From Chloroflexota bacterium (GTDB taxonomy: Bacteria; Chloroflexota; UBA5177; JAJPKF01), in the NCBI GenBank assembly GCA_035653255.1, contig DASRCF010000089.1, forward strand, positions 1,814 to 65,813: 64,000 nucleotides of DNA, given 5' to 3'. This document shows positions 56,470-64,000 of this stretch, piece after piece (within the stretch, counting starts at the first letter, position 1; every line of letters begins with the position of its first letter). The notes under the pieces were generated by a model. That model was given only the letters and a program-made list of their open reading frames with translations. It had not been told where the DNA came from and did not search any database. The position numbers were made by a program, and so were the translations under genes.

Positions 56470-56600
56470 TACCAGCGTCGTTTTGCGAACCTCATTCGGG
56501 CGTCGGGCCAAACCTGCACTGGACGACGGGATCTAGGTGATGGGAGAAGGCGTCCTTGTCCCGAAGGACGGCGGAAGTACCCCTCTCACGACTCCGGCTC

Positions 56601-56628
56601 CAACTCCCAACTCCAAACTCGAAACTCG
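56601..56628. repeat. four tandem heptads (C/A)AACTC(C/G)
   Basis: The sequence is caactcc caactcc aaactcg aaactcg, lying in the 740-bp gap upstream of the ferric-reductase-like gene. Confidence 0.5.
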
Positions 56629-56987
56629 CCCTCCCTGTCATCAAACCATCATAAATCTCTCACCTGCCCGCCATGACCCGACTCGAAAATGAAGGTGTAG
56701 GGCGGGTCAGCCACCCACGTGTCTGCGAAGCTAGGGAGCTGGCCGCCGGCCCTAGCGCGCACTTCCTCCCATTCAGCGGCCGCGGGCCTTGGTGACCGGT
56801 CTGCGGCCGCCGCCACTCTCACCGTCGAATCCAACCCTGTGAGGCTGATATCGCCCGGCAGACGGCAGAACGTACCAACGCCCGCGGGACCCGGAAGCCG
56901 GTTCGCCAATCAAGCGGGACGCCCTATCGTCAGCGCCCCTCAGGCTCGTCAGTCCCGGCGCGGAACGAAGGCCGGCGCCTAGCTCGC

Positions 56988-58304
56988 TTGGGCGTGACCC
57001 GGCTGGTGCAGGGATTGCTCCTTGCCGGAGCGCTGGTCATCATAACGCTCTGGCTCCACGACGGCGGTATCTCGGGGGTCAACAGCGCCGCTACAGGGCT
57101 AAGCAGTGCCGGCCGCCTCACGGGCTTGCTGGCGGCTTATCTCCTTCCCGTTCAGGTGCTGATGCTCGCCAGGCTTCCTCTGCTCGAGTGGATTGCCGGT
57201 TTCGACCGTCTGACTCACTGGCACAAACTCAACGGCAAGATCGTTCTCTACCTGATCCTGGTGCACGTGGTCCTGATCACCGTCGGCTATGCCATGACGC
57301 GAAAGGTCTCGGTCCTCGCCGAATCCTCGATCCTGCTGTCGCAGTATTACGGGATCGTGGCCGCGCTGGTAGGAACGCTGCTAATCATCCTGGTGGTCGT
57401 GTCATCCCTCTTCATCGTGCGCCGCAGGCTGCGGTTCGAGACCTGGTACGCTGTCCACCTTGTGGCCTATGCCGGTGTCACCCTCACCTACTTCCATGAG
57501 ACCCGGACGGGCCTCGATTTCATAGCCAACCCACTGGCCGCCGCCTACTGGCTCGGGTTCTACCTCGTCACCCTACAGCTGGTCATCATCTTCCGGATCC
57601 TCCAGCCGGTCTTCCGTAACGGGTTTCATAAGCTTCGGGTGGGCCGGGTGGTGAAGGAGCCGGGACAGGCAACCTCGGTCTACGTCACCGGCAGGCACCT
57701 TGACTGGCTTAATGCCAAGGCGGGCCAGTTCTTCATATGGCGGTTCGCGACACCAGGACGGGTTTGGGAAGCGCACCCGTTCTCGCTCTCGGCTGCTCCC
57801 AACGGCCGTTGGCTGCGCTTGACGGCCAAGGCTGTCGGCGACTTCACCACCGGCCTCAACCGGCTGAAACCGGGTACGAGGGTCATCGTCGAAGGCCCGT
57901 TCGGCTCGATGACGGACGACATTCGGAGCCGGGACAAGGTTGCGCTGATCGCGGGGGGAATCGGCATCACTCCCCTACGCGCGCTTGCCGAAACCATGAC
58001 CGGCGACGTTGTGCTGATATACCGAGCCATGACCGATGCCGATATCGTGTTTCGCGAGGAGCTGGATGCTCTAGCCGAGAAGCGTCACTTCAGAGTCCAC
58101 TACATCGTCGGGGATCACCGCCTACCGGAGAATCGCGATCTGATGTCTCCGGCCCATCTGCGCCGTATCGTCCCCGATATCTCCGCTCGCGAGATCTACC
58201 TCTGCGGGCCGCCGGCGATGGTCGATGCCATCGAGGACGGCGTGCGGCACCTGGGGGTGCCGGACAAATGTATTCACGTCGAACGCTTTGCGTTCGCGAC
58301 CTAA
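56988..58304 (+). CDS. ferric-reductase-like transmembrane protein with FAD/NAD(P)-binding domain (NOX/FRE-like oxidoreductase)
   Basis: A 6-TM heme-type domain is followed by the FNR-like 'HPFSLSAAP' and '...GGIGITP...' NAD-binding motif. Confidence 0.75.
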   Translation: MGVTRLVQGLLLAGALVIITLWLHDGGISGVNSAATGLSSAGRLTGLLAAYLLPVQVLMLARLPLLEWIAGFDRLTHWHKLNGKIVLYLILVHVVLITVGYAMTRKVSVLAESSILLSQYYGIVAALVGTLLIILVVVSSLFIVRRRLRFETWYAVHLVAYAGVTLTYFHETRTGLDFIANPLAAAYWLGFYLVTLQLVIIFRILQPVFRNGFHKLRVGRVVKEPGQATSVYVTGRHLDWLNAKAGQFFIWRFATPGRVWEAHPFSLSAAPNGRWLRLTAKAVGDFTTGLNRLKPGTRVIVEGPFGSMTDDIRSRDKVALIAGGIGITPLRALAETMTGDVVLIYRAMTDADIVFREELDALAEKRHFRVHYIVGDHRLPENRDLMSPAHLRRIVPDISAREIYLCGPPAMVDAIEDGVRHLGVPDKCIHVERFAFAT

Positions 58305-58312
58305 AGGAGAAC

Positions 58313-58957
58313 ATGATGATTGCCAGAAAAGTAATCCCCGGGCTGCTCACGGCGGTGGGACTGGGGCTGCCCCTCGCCGTGACCGCCGAAGTGATCTCGC
58401 ATAACTCATTGGGTACCGTCGGAGGCGCCGCGCCTCCGAAGTCGACGCCGGCCACACAGACAGGCTCGGGCTCCGGCGCAGGATCGTCCGGAGCCTCAGG
58501 CTCGAACAGCTCGTCCGGATCGGGATCAAATTCGTCCGGGTCGGGATCAAGCTCGTCCGGCTCCGGATCAAGCTCGTCCGGATCCACGGGAAACTCAGGT
58601 ACATCTGGGAGTGGCCACAGCACGCATCATCAGACTCGACCGAGCGGTTCGACGCCAACCCCCCAACCCACCAAGGCGGGGAAGACGGGCACGTTTACCG
58701 GGCCTCCGGCGCAGGGCATGTTCGGGCCGGTACAGGCCAGGCTCATCGTCCGCAGCGGACGGATTACCGACGTCCAGATTTCGGCGCCGCAGGACAATCC
58801 CACCTCCGCCTATATCAATCAGCAGGCCGTCCCGCTGCTCCGCAGCGAGACACTTCAAGCCCAGAGCGCCAACATCAACGCCATATCCGGCGCGACCATC
58901 ACCAGCGACGCGTACTATCAGTCATTGGTCACGGCACTCAAAGAGGCAGGGATCTGA
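58313..58957 (+). CDS. secreted FMN-binding domain protein with a long Ser/Gly-rich linker
   Basis: SD AAGGAGA lies 4 nt before ATG. A signal peptide is followed by an (SGSGS)n linker and a C-terminal FMN_bind-type motif '...ISGATITSDAY'. The longer 57737 ORF in the track is an out-of-frame read-through over the upstream gene. Confidence 0.7.
   Translation: MMIARKVIPGLLTAVGLGLPLAVTAEVISHNSLGTVGGAAPPKSTPATQTGSGSGAGSSGASGSNSSSGSGSNSSGSGSSSSGSGSSSSGSTGNSGTSGSGHSTHHQTRPSGSTPTPQPTKAGKTGTFTGPPAQGMFGPVQARLIVRSGRITDVQISAPQDNPTSAYINQQAVPLLRSETLQAQSANINAISGATITSDAYYQSLVTALKEAGI
58508..58590 (+). repeat. coding tandem repeat (~24-bp units, agctcgtccgg(a/c)tc(g/c)ggatcaa) encoding the Ser/Gly linker
   Basis: Three to four near-identical DNA units are read directly from the sequence. 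This is a potential length-variable (VNTR-like) locus. Confidence 0.5.
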
Positions 58958-59001
58958 GCTTCGACACGTCCTACGTAGCAGCGTCCGACCGCTATGAGTC
59001 G

Positions 59002-59991
59002 ATGGACTACCGACGCAGTGGCAGCCGGGGGCTGAAGCTGCCGGCCGTCTCAATCGGGTTGTGGCAGAACTTCGGTGAAGCTCAGCCTCTCGAGACACAG
59101 CGGGCGGTGCTGCGACGGGCATTCGATCTGGGCGTCACCCACTTCGATCTCGCCAACAACTACGGCCCTCCCTATGGATCGGCCGAGGAGAACTTCGGCC
59201 GCCTGATGGCCAGTGACTTCCGTCCCTATAGAGACGAGCTGGTGATCTCAACCAAAGCGGGGTACGACATGTGGCCGGGCCCCTACGGTGAGTGGGGCTC
59301 TCGCAAGTACCTCCTATCTAGCCTCGATCAGTCGCTCAAGCGCATGGGCCTCGAGTACGTCGACATCTTCTACTCTCACCGCTTCGATCCGGAAACGGAC
59401 CTGGAGGAAACGATGGGTGCGCTCGACACGGCGGTGCGGTCCGGACGAGCACTCTATGCCGGCATCTCCTCGTACTCCGCCTCAAAGACCCGAGACGCAG
59501 CCCGGATCCTGGCATCCATGGGAACACCTCTGCTCATCCACCAACCCTCGTACTCGATGTTTAACCGGTGGATTGAGCCCCACCTGCTGGAGACACTGGG
59601 AGAGTTGGGTATAGGTTGTATCGTCTTCTCCCCACTGGCACAGGGATTGTTGACCGATAAGTACCTCAATGGAATCCCTGAGAACTCACGTGCCCGGGGA
59701 GGTGGCTCCCTTGCAGAGAGCATGCTGAGCGAGGAGAACCTCTCCCGGGTAAGGGCTCTCGACCAGATCGCGCGAGCGAGGAGTCAGTCGCTGGCACAAA
59801 TGGCCATTGCCTGGGCGCTGCGAGACAAGAGGGTAACGTCCGCGCTCATCGGGGCACGGAGCGTAAGACAGCTCGAGGATAGCCTGGGCGCTCTTCGCCG
59901 CCTGGATTTCTCGGACGAAGAGCTGCGGCAGATCGATCAGTATGCCGTCGAGGCGGGAATCAATCTCTGGGCCAGATCCAGCAGTGAATAG
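59002..59991 (+). CDS. aldo/keto reductase (YghZ/Tas-like)
   Basis: AKR signature regions are present: 'LGVTHFDLANNYG', '...ISTKAGY', 'IGCIVFSPLAQGLL'. Confidence 0.85.
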   Translation: MDYRRSGSRGLKLPAVSIGLWQNFGEAQPLETQRAVLRRAFDLGVTHFDLANNYGPPYGSAEENFGRLMASDFRPYRDELVISTKAGYDMWPGPYGEWGSRKYLLSSLDQSLKRMGLEYVDIFYSHRFDPETDLEETMGALDTAVRSGRALYAGISSYSASKTRDAARILASMGTPLLIHQPSYSMFNRWIEPHLLETLGELGIGCIVFSPLAQGLLTDKYLNGIPENSRARGGGSLAESMLSEENLSRVRALDQIARARSQSLAQMAIAWALRDKRVTSALIGARSVRQLEDSLGALRRLDFSDEELRQIDQYAVEAGINLWARSSSE

Positions 59992-61200
59992 CTAGATTGC
60001 CCCACGGCCGCCGAAGCGCTTCACCGACTGGCGATATTCCCACTCGATGGCGTCCTTCAGGGCATGGGCGAGGCGACCACCAATCGCAAAGCCGCGTATT
60101 TGAGCCACTCCGCTCCGGCCGACCGAAACCACGAACCCTCGGTCTCGGTAGCTGAACGGGCTGAGGGAACCTCCCTCGCTTTCCGCCTGCAGATTTTCTG
60201 CGACAGAATCTGCCTCCGCCAGTGCCACCTGTGCCAAGGGCGGTAGAGCCAGCCCGGTCTCCTCGTCGACCACTGAGGCAAGATCACCGACGACGTAGAT
60301 GTTGACATAGCCGAGAGCTCGCAGGTAAGGGTCGACTTTGATACGGCCGTTGTAGCCGACCTGGAGCCCGCAACCGGCGACGACGGGGTTGGCCTTCACG
60401 CCGCCCGCCCACACGTATGTGCCGGCCGAGACTAGCTCCCCACTCTTCAGTCGGAAGCCCTGAGGCAGGGCCTCGGCGATCACAGCATTGGTTCTCACCT
60501 GAACCTTCAGTTGCTGAAGGATCTGGCTGGCCTTGGCAATCAGCTCAGCTGAGGAGCCGCCAAGAATTGTGTGTCCGGCCTCGACGAGGACGACGCGGAC
60601 GAGAGCCGGATCAAGGCCGTGCTCGATCGCCAGCTGTGGCAGCTCCTCGGCAAACCCGCCGGCGATCTCTACCCCGCTTGCGCCTCCACCGCCGATTGCG
60701 ACCGTAAGCAGCCTTCGACGTTCCGCATCGTCGGGTGCCTGGGCCGCCGCGGACACGGCGTTGTTCACCGCCTCCCAGACTTCACGGGCGCCCTCCGGAG
60801 TGTAGGGATAAAGCACCTGCTCTGAGAGTCCGGCGATGTTGAAGTCATTCGGCCGGCTCCCGAGCGCCAGGACCAGCCGCTCATAGCCGATGCTTCCGGT
60901 CGTTGACTCCAGGCGGTTCTCGGCCGGACATATGGCGGTGATCTCGCTCTGCTTGAACTCGACCACAGTGCTCAGGACCTGCTCCAGATCGACCTGAACC
61001 TGTCCCACGGTTCGCTCGCCGCTGGTCACTCGCGGAAGCTCAGTGATGAGCTGGTGATAGGGATTCTGGTCCACCAGCATCAGCCGGATGTCGCTGTGCC
61101 GTCGAAGGAACGGCGCCATCCGCTGGGCCACGTGCAGACCGCCATAGCCGGCGCCGGCGATGACGATGGAGTGGTCTTGGTCCGAGTGAGTCTGGGTCAC
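59992..61200 (-). CDS. ndh: type II NADH dehydrogenase (NDH-2, FAD-dependent pyridine nucleotide-disulfide oxidoreductase)
   Basis: Two dinucleotide-binding motifs are present ('IVIAGAGYGG', 'VAIGGGGASGVE') with NDH-2-like overall similarity. It is convergent with the AKR gene and the two abut with zero gap. Confidence 0.8.
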   Translation of the reverse strand: MTQTHSDQDHSIVIAGAGYGGLHVAQRMAPFLRRHSDIRLMLVDQNPYHQLITELPRVTSGERTVGQVQVDLEQVLSTVVEFKQSEITAICPAENRLESTTGSIGYERLVLALGSRPNDFNIAGLSEQVLYPYTPEGAREVWEAVNNAVSAAAQAPDDAERRRLLTVAIGGGGASGVEIAGGFAEELPQLAIEHGLDPALVRVVLVEAGHTILGGSSAELIAKASQILQQLKVQVRTNAVIAEALPQGFRLKSGELVSAGTYVWAGGVKANPVVAGCGLQVGYNGRIKVDPYLRALGYVNIYVVGDLASVVDEETGLALPPLAQVALAEADSVAENLQAESEGGSLSPFSYRDRGFVVSVGRSGVAQIRGFAIGGRLAHALKDAIEWEYRQSVKRFGGRGAI

Positions 61201-61481
61201 GGGCCTCGCCGATGGCTTGATAGGCTACCGGATTGTAGGGCTGGGGCCAAGGGTTTGAGCCTCAGGGCGCTGTACAGGTTGCCGTGCCGCATCGCCTGTC
61301 GAACGCGGAGAATGCGGCATGAAAGTGCCGGAAATGGGCTGATCGTGGTAGAGTAAAGAGGCAAATCTAATACCGCATTCAAACGAGAAGTGGGATTGGT
61401 GCCCACTTCTTTTGCTATGCGGTGGATTGCCGTCCGGGCGCGGTCTTTCCGTCTCCGGAGGCTGGTAAGGAGACCACCAAG

Positions 61482-62561
61482 GTGGCGAACGAGCTGAGTA
61501 CGGCCATCCGCGCCATCACCGCGGAAAAGGACCTGCCCCGCGAGGTCGTGGTCGGAGCAGTCGAGGAGGCACTGGCGCAAACCTACAGGAAGCAGTACGG
61601 GACCGTTCCCGAGTCACGCGTGTCGATGGATGTCGAGACCGGACAATTTCGGGTGTTGGGCCAAAAGACCGTGGTGATCGACGTTCGCGATCCGCGAACC
61701 CAGATCACCTTGAAGGAAGCCCAGGCGCTCGAGGATCCGGGTGGCTTGGGTGACACGGTTGAGGTCGACATTACCCCTGGGGATTTCGGCCGGGTCGGAG
61801 CGCAATCCGCCCGTCAGGCGATCATTCAGCGCATCCATGAGGCTGAGCGAGACCTCTTGTACAACGAGTACGCGGGTAAGGAGGGTGAGCTGCTGACGGG
61901 AACGATCCAGCGGATCGACTCACGTGGGGTCATCCTTGACCTCGGCCGTGCCGAGGGGGTTCTCCCGCCCGCCGAGCAGGTTCCCCGCGAGCGCTACCGC
62001 ATCGGTCAGCGCCTCAAGGTCTATGTTGTCGAGGTGAGCAGAGGACCGCGAACGCCGGCCATTGTTCTGTCTCGGAGCCACAAGAACCTGGTGAAGCGGC
62101 TCTTCGAGCTCGAGGTTCCGGAGATATTTTCCGGCATTGTGGAGATCCGGTCCATTGCGCGCGAGCCCGGCAGTCGCTCCAAGATTGCGGTGGTCGCGCG
62201 TCAGCCGGGCGTCGACCCGGTCGGCGCCTGCGTCGGTCTTCGTGGCGCACGGATCCAGACCGTGGTTAACGAGTTGAGCAACGAGAAGATCGACGTGATC
62301 AACTACAGCGACGACCCGGCAACCTACGTGGCCAACGCCTTGAGCCCGGCCGAGATTACTCATGTAGGCATCGATCTGCCCAACAAGCGTGCCGAGGTGG
62401 TGGTGGCGGATTCCATGCTGTCCCTGGCCATCGGCAAGGAGGGCCAGAACGCCCGGCTGGCAGCCAAGCTTACCGGCTGGCGGGTTGACATCAAGGGTAA
62501 GGATGCACTGGAGCGAGCGGCACAGGGCGCGGGGATTACGGTGGAGGAGGCAGCGAGCTGA
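61482..62561 (+). CDS. nusA: transcription termination/antitermination factor NusA
   Basis: SD TAAGGAGA sits upstream of GTG 61482. It has the NusA N-terminal domain plus S1 and two KH domains ('...[12 protein letters not shown]...'). The ORF track starts at 61422. Confidence 0.85.
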   Translation: MANELSTAIRAITAEKDLPREVVVGAVEEALAQTYRKQYGTVPESRVSMDVETGQFRVLGQKTVVIDVRDPRTQITLKEAQALEDPGGLGDTVEVDITPGDFGRVGAQSARQAIIQRIHEAERDLLYNEYAGKEGELLTGTIQRIDSRGVILDLGRAEGVLPPAEQVPRERYRIGQRLKVYVVEVSRGPRTPAIVLSRSHKNLVKRLFELEVPEIFSGIVEIRSIAREPGSRSKIAVVARQPGVDPVGACVGLRGARIQTVVNELSNEKIDVINYSDDPATYVANALSPAEITHVGIDLPNKRAEVVVADSMLSLAIGKEGQNARLAAKLTGWRVDIKGKDALERAAQGAGITVEEAAS

Positions 62562-62917
62562 AGCACGTTCCTCTTCGAACTTGCGTCGCGTGCCGGGAGA
62601 GCAAGCCCAAGCGTGAGCTGGTGCGCATCGTCCGCGTGACGCCTGACCTGGTTGAGGTCGACGTTACAGGACGCAAGAACGGACGCGGGGCCTATATCTG
62701 CCCGGCCCAGGAATGCTGGCATCTCGCCCAACGAAAGCGATCGTTGAACCGCGCACTGGAGATGAGCGTCCAGCCCGACAACTGGACCGAGCTATGGCAG
62801 TACGCCACCGGCCTGCCGGAGCACAAGGTTTTGACGCGGGCCCAGCGGGCAGAGTTGGAGACGGCGGGTGCCCCGGGCCCGGCCGGCACCCCCTTGATAG
62901 CAGAAGCGGCCGGCTGA
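62558..62917 (+). CDS. ylxR: YlxR/DUF448 family RNA-binding protein
   Basis: It carries the conserved '[22 protein letters not shown]' and sits between nusA and infB. The conserved Cys motif lies upstream of the GTG used by the ORF track (62621). The true start is non-canonical or uncertain. Confidence 0.55.
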   Translation: MKHVPLRTCVACRESKPKRELVRIVRVTPDLVEVDVTGRKNGRGAYICPAQECWHLAQRKRSLNRALEMSVQPDNWTELWQYATGLPEHKVLTRAQRAELETAGAPGPAGTPLIAEAAG

Positions 62918-62930
62918 AGAAGGAGAGTTT

Positions 62931-64000
62931 ATGACAAAGACATCGGTAGCGTCGCCGGCAGGCGGCGAGGGCACAGGACCCATAATCCTGCCGGGTGAGC
63001 TGACGGTTCGTGAGCTGGGAGAGGCTCTGCACGTCTCCCCAATTGAAATCATCAAGACCCTCATGAAAAACGGCATCATGGCCACCATCAACCAGCAGCT
63101 CGACTTCGACGCTGCCGCGGTAGTGGCTAATGACCTAGGTATCGACGTCCTCGAAGAGGGCGCGGTTGTGGAGCCGGAGCCCGAGCCTGAGCCTGAATTC
63201 GATCACTTGCGCGAGTTTGCGCTCGACCTTGAGGAGCCGCTTGACGAAGCTGTGCTGCCCGAGAGTGACGTCGAGCTGGATGAGGCGCCCAAGCGGCGGA
63301 AGCGGCGCCGGGCCGCGGAACCGGCGGAGAAGCCGGTCCCCGTGGTTGAGGTGGCGGAGCCCGCGACGGTTGTCGCGCAGGCGGAGATCGAGGAGCCGGA
63401 AGAGCCTCCGGATCCGGAGGAGAGTCTGGTCAAGCGTCCACCCGTGGTGACTGTGATGGGCCATGTCGACCACGGCAAGACGGCTTTGCTGGATCGTATC
63501 CGGTCGACCAACGTGGTGGCGGGCGAGGCCGGTGGGATCACCCAGCATATCGGCGCCTATCAGGTCGAGCACAACGGTGAGAAGATCACCTTTCTCGACA
63601 CTCCGGGGCACGCCGCGTTCACGGCCATGCGTGCCCGCGGCGCCAGGGTGACCGATATCGCCATCGTAGTGGTAGCGGCAAGTGAAGGCGTGATGCCGCA
63701 GACCCTGGAGGCCATCGACCATGCCAGGGCGGCTCAGGTTCCGATCATCGTGGCTCTGAACAAGATGGACCTCCCGGAAGCAAACCCCGACCGGGTCAAG
63801 GCGGAGCTTGCTGAGACCGGCCTCGGCTTGGTCGAATGGGGAGGCGACGTCGAGCTGAGGGCAGTATCGGCGAAGACGGGCGAGGGCATCGACGACCTCC
63901 TCGAAACCATCATCCTGACGGCCGAGCTGGCCGATGAGGGCAAGGGGCTGCGGGCGAATCCCAATCGCGACGCTTCCGGAACCGTAATCGAGGCCAGGAT
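62931..64000 (+). CDS. infB: translation initiation factor IF-2 (3' partial; runs off the window)
   Basis: SD GAAGGAGAG lies 6 nt before ATG. It has an IF2_N region, an acidic/Pro-rich linker, then the G-domain '[17 protein letters not shown]...DTPGHAAF...NKMD'. Confidence 0.85.
   Translation, partial: MTKTSVASPAGGEGTGPIILPGELTVRELGEALHVSPIEIIKTLMKNGIMATINQQLDFDAAAVVANDLGIDVLEEGAVVEPEPEPEPEFDHLREFALDLEEPLDEAVLPESDVELDEAPKRRKRRRAAEPAEKPVPVVEVAEPATVVAQAEIEEPEEPPDPEESLVKRPPVVTVMGHVDHGKTALLDRIRSTNVVAGEAGGITQHIGAYQVEHNGEKITFLDTPGHAAFTAMRARGARVTDIAIVVVAASEGVMPQTLEAIDHARAAQVPIIVALNKMDLPEANPDRVKAELAETGLGLVEWGGDVELRAVSAKTGEGIDDLLETIILTAELADEGKGLRANPNRDASGTVIEAR

Noticed and set aside
57737-58957. 406-aa ORF in the track spanning the end of the ferric-reductase gene and the FMN-binding gene
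   Set aside because: The 5' 575 nt overlap the well-supported 56988-58304 gene in another frame. A strong SD+ATG at 58313 gives a sensible signal-peptide start for the FMN-binding protein.
1-64000. CRISPR arrays, transposases/IS elements, rRNA genes, toxin-antitoxin pairs
   Set aside because: No regularly spaced short repeats with unique spacers were seen, no DDE/serine/tyrosine recombinase-like ORFs, and no rRNA-like conserved stretches. The tandem repeats found (21-bp iterons, heptads, 24-bp coding repeats) are too few or too irregular for CRISPR.

Overview
This is a 64 kb, high-GC (about 65-70%) bacterial chromosomal segment, densely coding on both strands, with frequent GTG/TTG starts and 4-nt overlaps between adjacent genes. 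It is probably from an actinobacterial or Chloroflexi-like lineage, but the phylum cannot be fixed from sequence alone. Recognisable content, in order:
- A cell-envelope precursor operon on the minus strand: a YvcK-family paralog, an NTP-transferase/left-handed beta-helix protein and phosphomannomutase, divergent from a second, canonical YvcK.
- A secreted two-repeat protein followed by a large S53 sedolisin peptidase whose C-terminal extension shares the same repeated module.
- A compact 52-codon Cys/Ser/Thr-rich micro-gene with its own SD and terminator, then PepF (M3) and an MFS transporter.
- A complete phosphate-starvation supercluster: phoR-phoP-like two-component pair, pstS, pstC, pstA, pstB, phoU, ppx, plus uppP, a GAF-GGDEF cyclase and an APH-like kinase.
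- The yqeY/7TM-HD/ybeY block, a ferredoxin, MFS transporter, aquaporin, two HAD hydrolases and an O-methyltransferase.
- A MerR regulator fused to a metallothionein-like Cys-rich tail with an internal SD+ATG.
- PAP2 phosphatase, a bacterial TMEM175-like K+ channel, maf, an rlmD-like methyltransferase, an MprF-like UPF0104 protein, MscS and nadD.
- A divergent cluster of three GT-C (ArnT/PMT-like) membrane glycosyltransferases with a second S53 peptidase and a zinc-ribbon PrsW-like membrane protein.
- tRNA-Cys and tRNA-Gly, followed by a decayed low-coding region containing an AraC HTH fragment.
- A glyoxalase, a NOX-like ferric-reductase/FMN-binding pair, an aldo-keto reductase, NDH-2, and nusA-ylxR-infB at the 3' end.
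No transposase, integrase or CRISPR array was seen. Most noteworthy are the S53/shared-module pair, the micro-gene, the MerR-metallothionein fusion, a 27-bp perfect inverted repeat with four exact 21-bp iterons, the degenerate membrane-anchored YvcK paralog, and the GT-C/S53/PrsW cluster.
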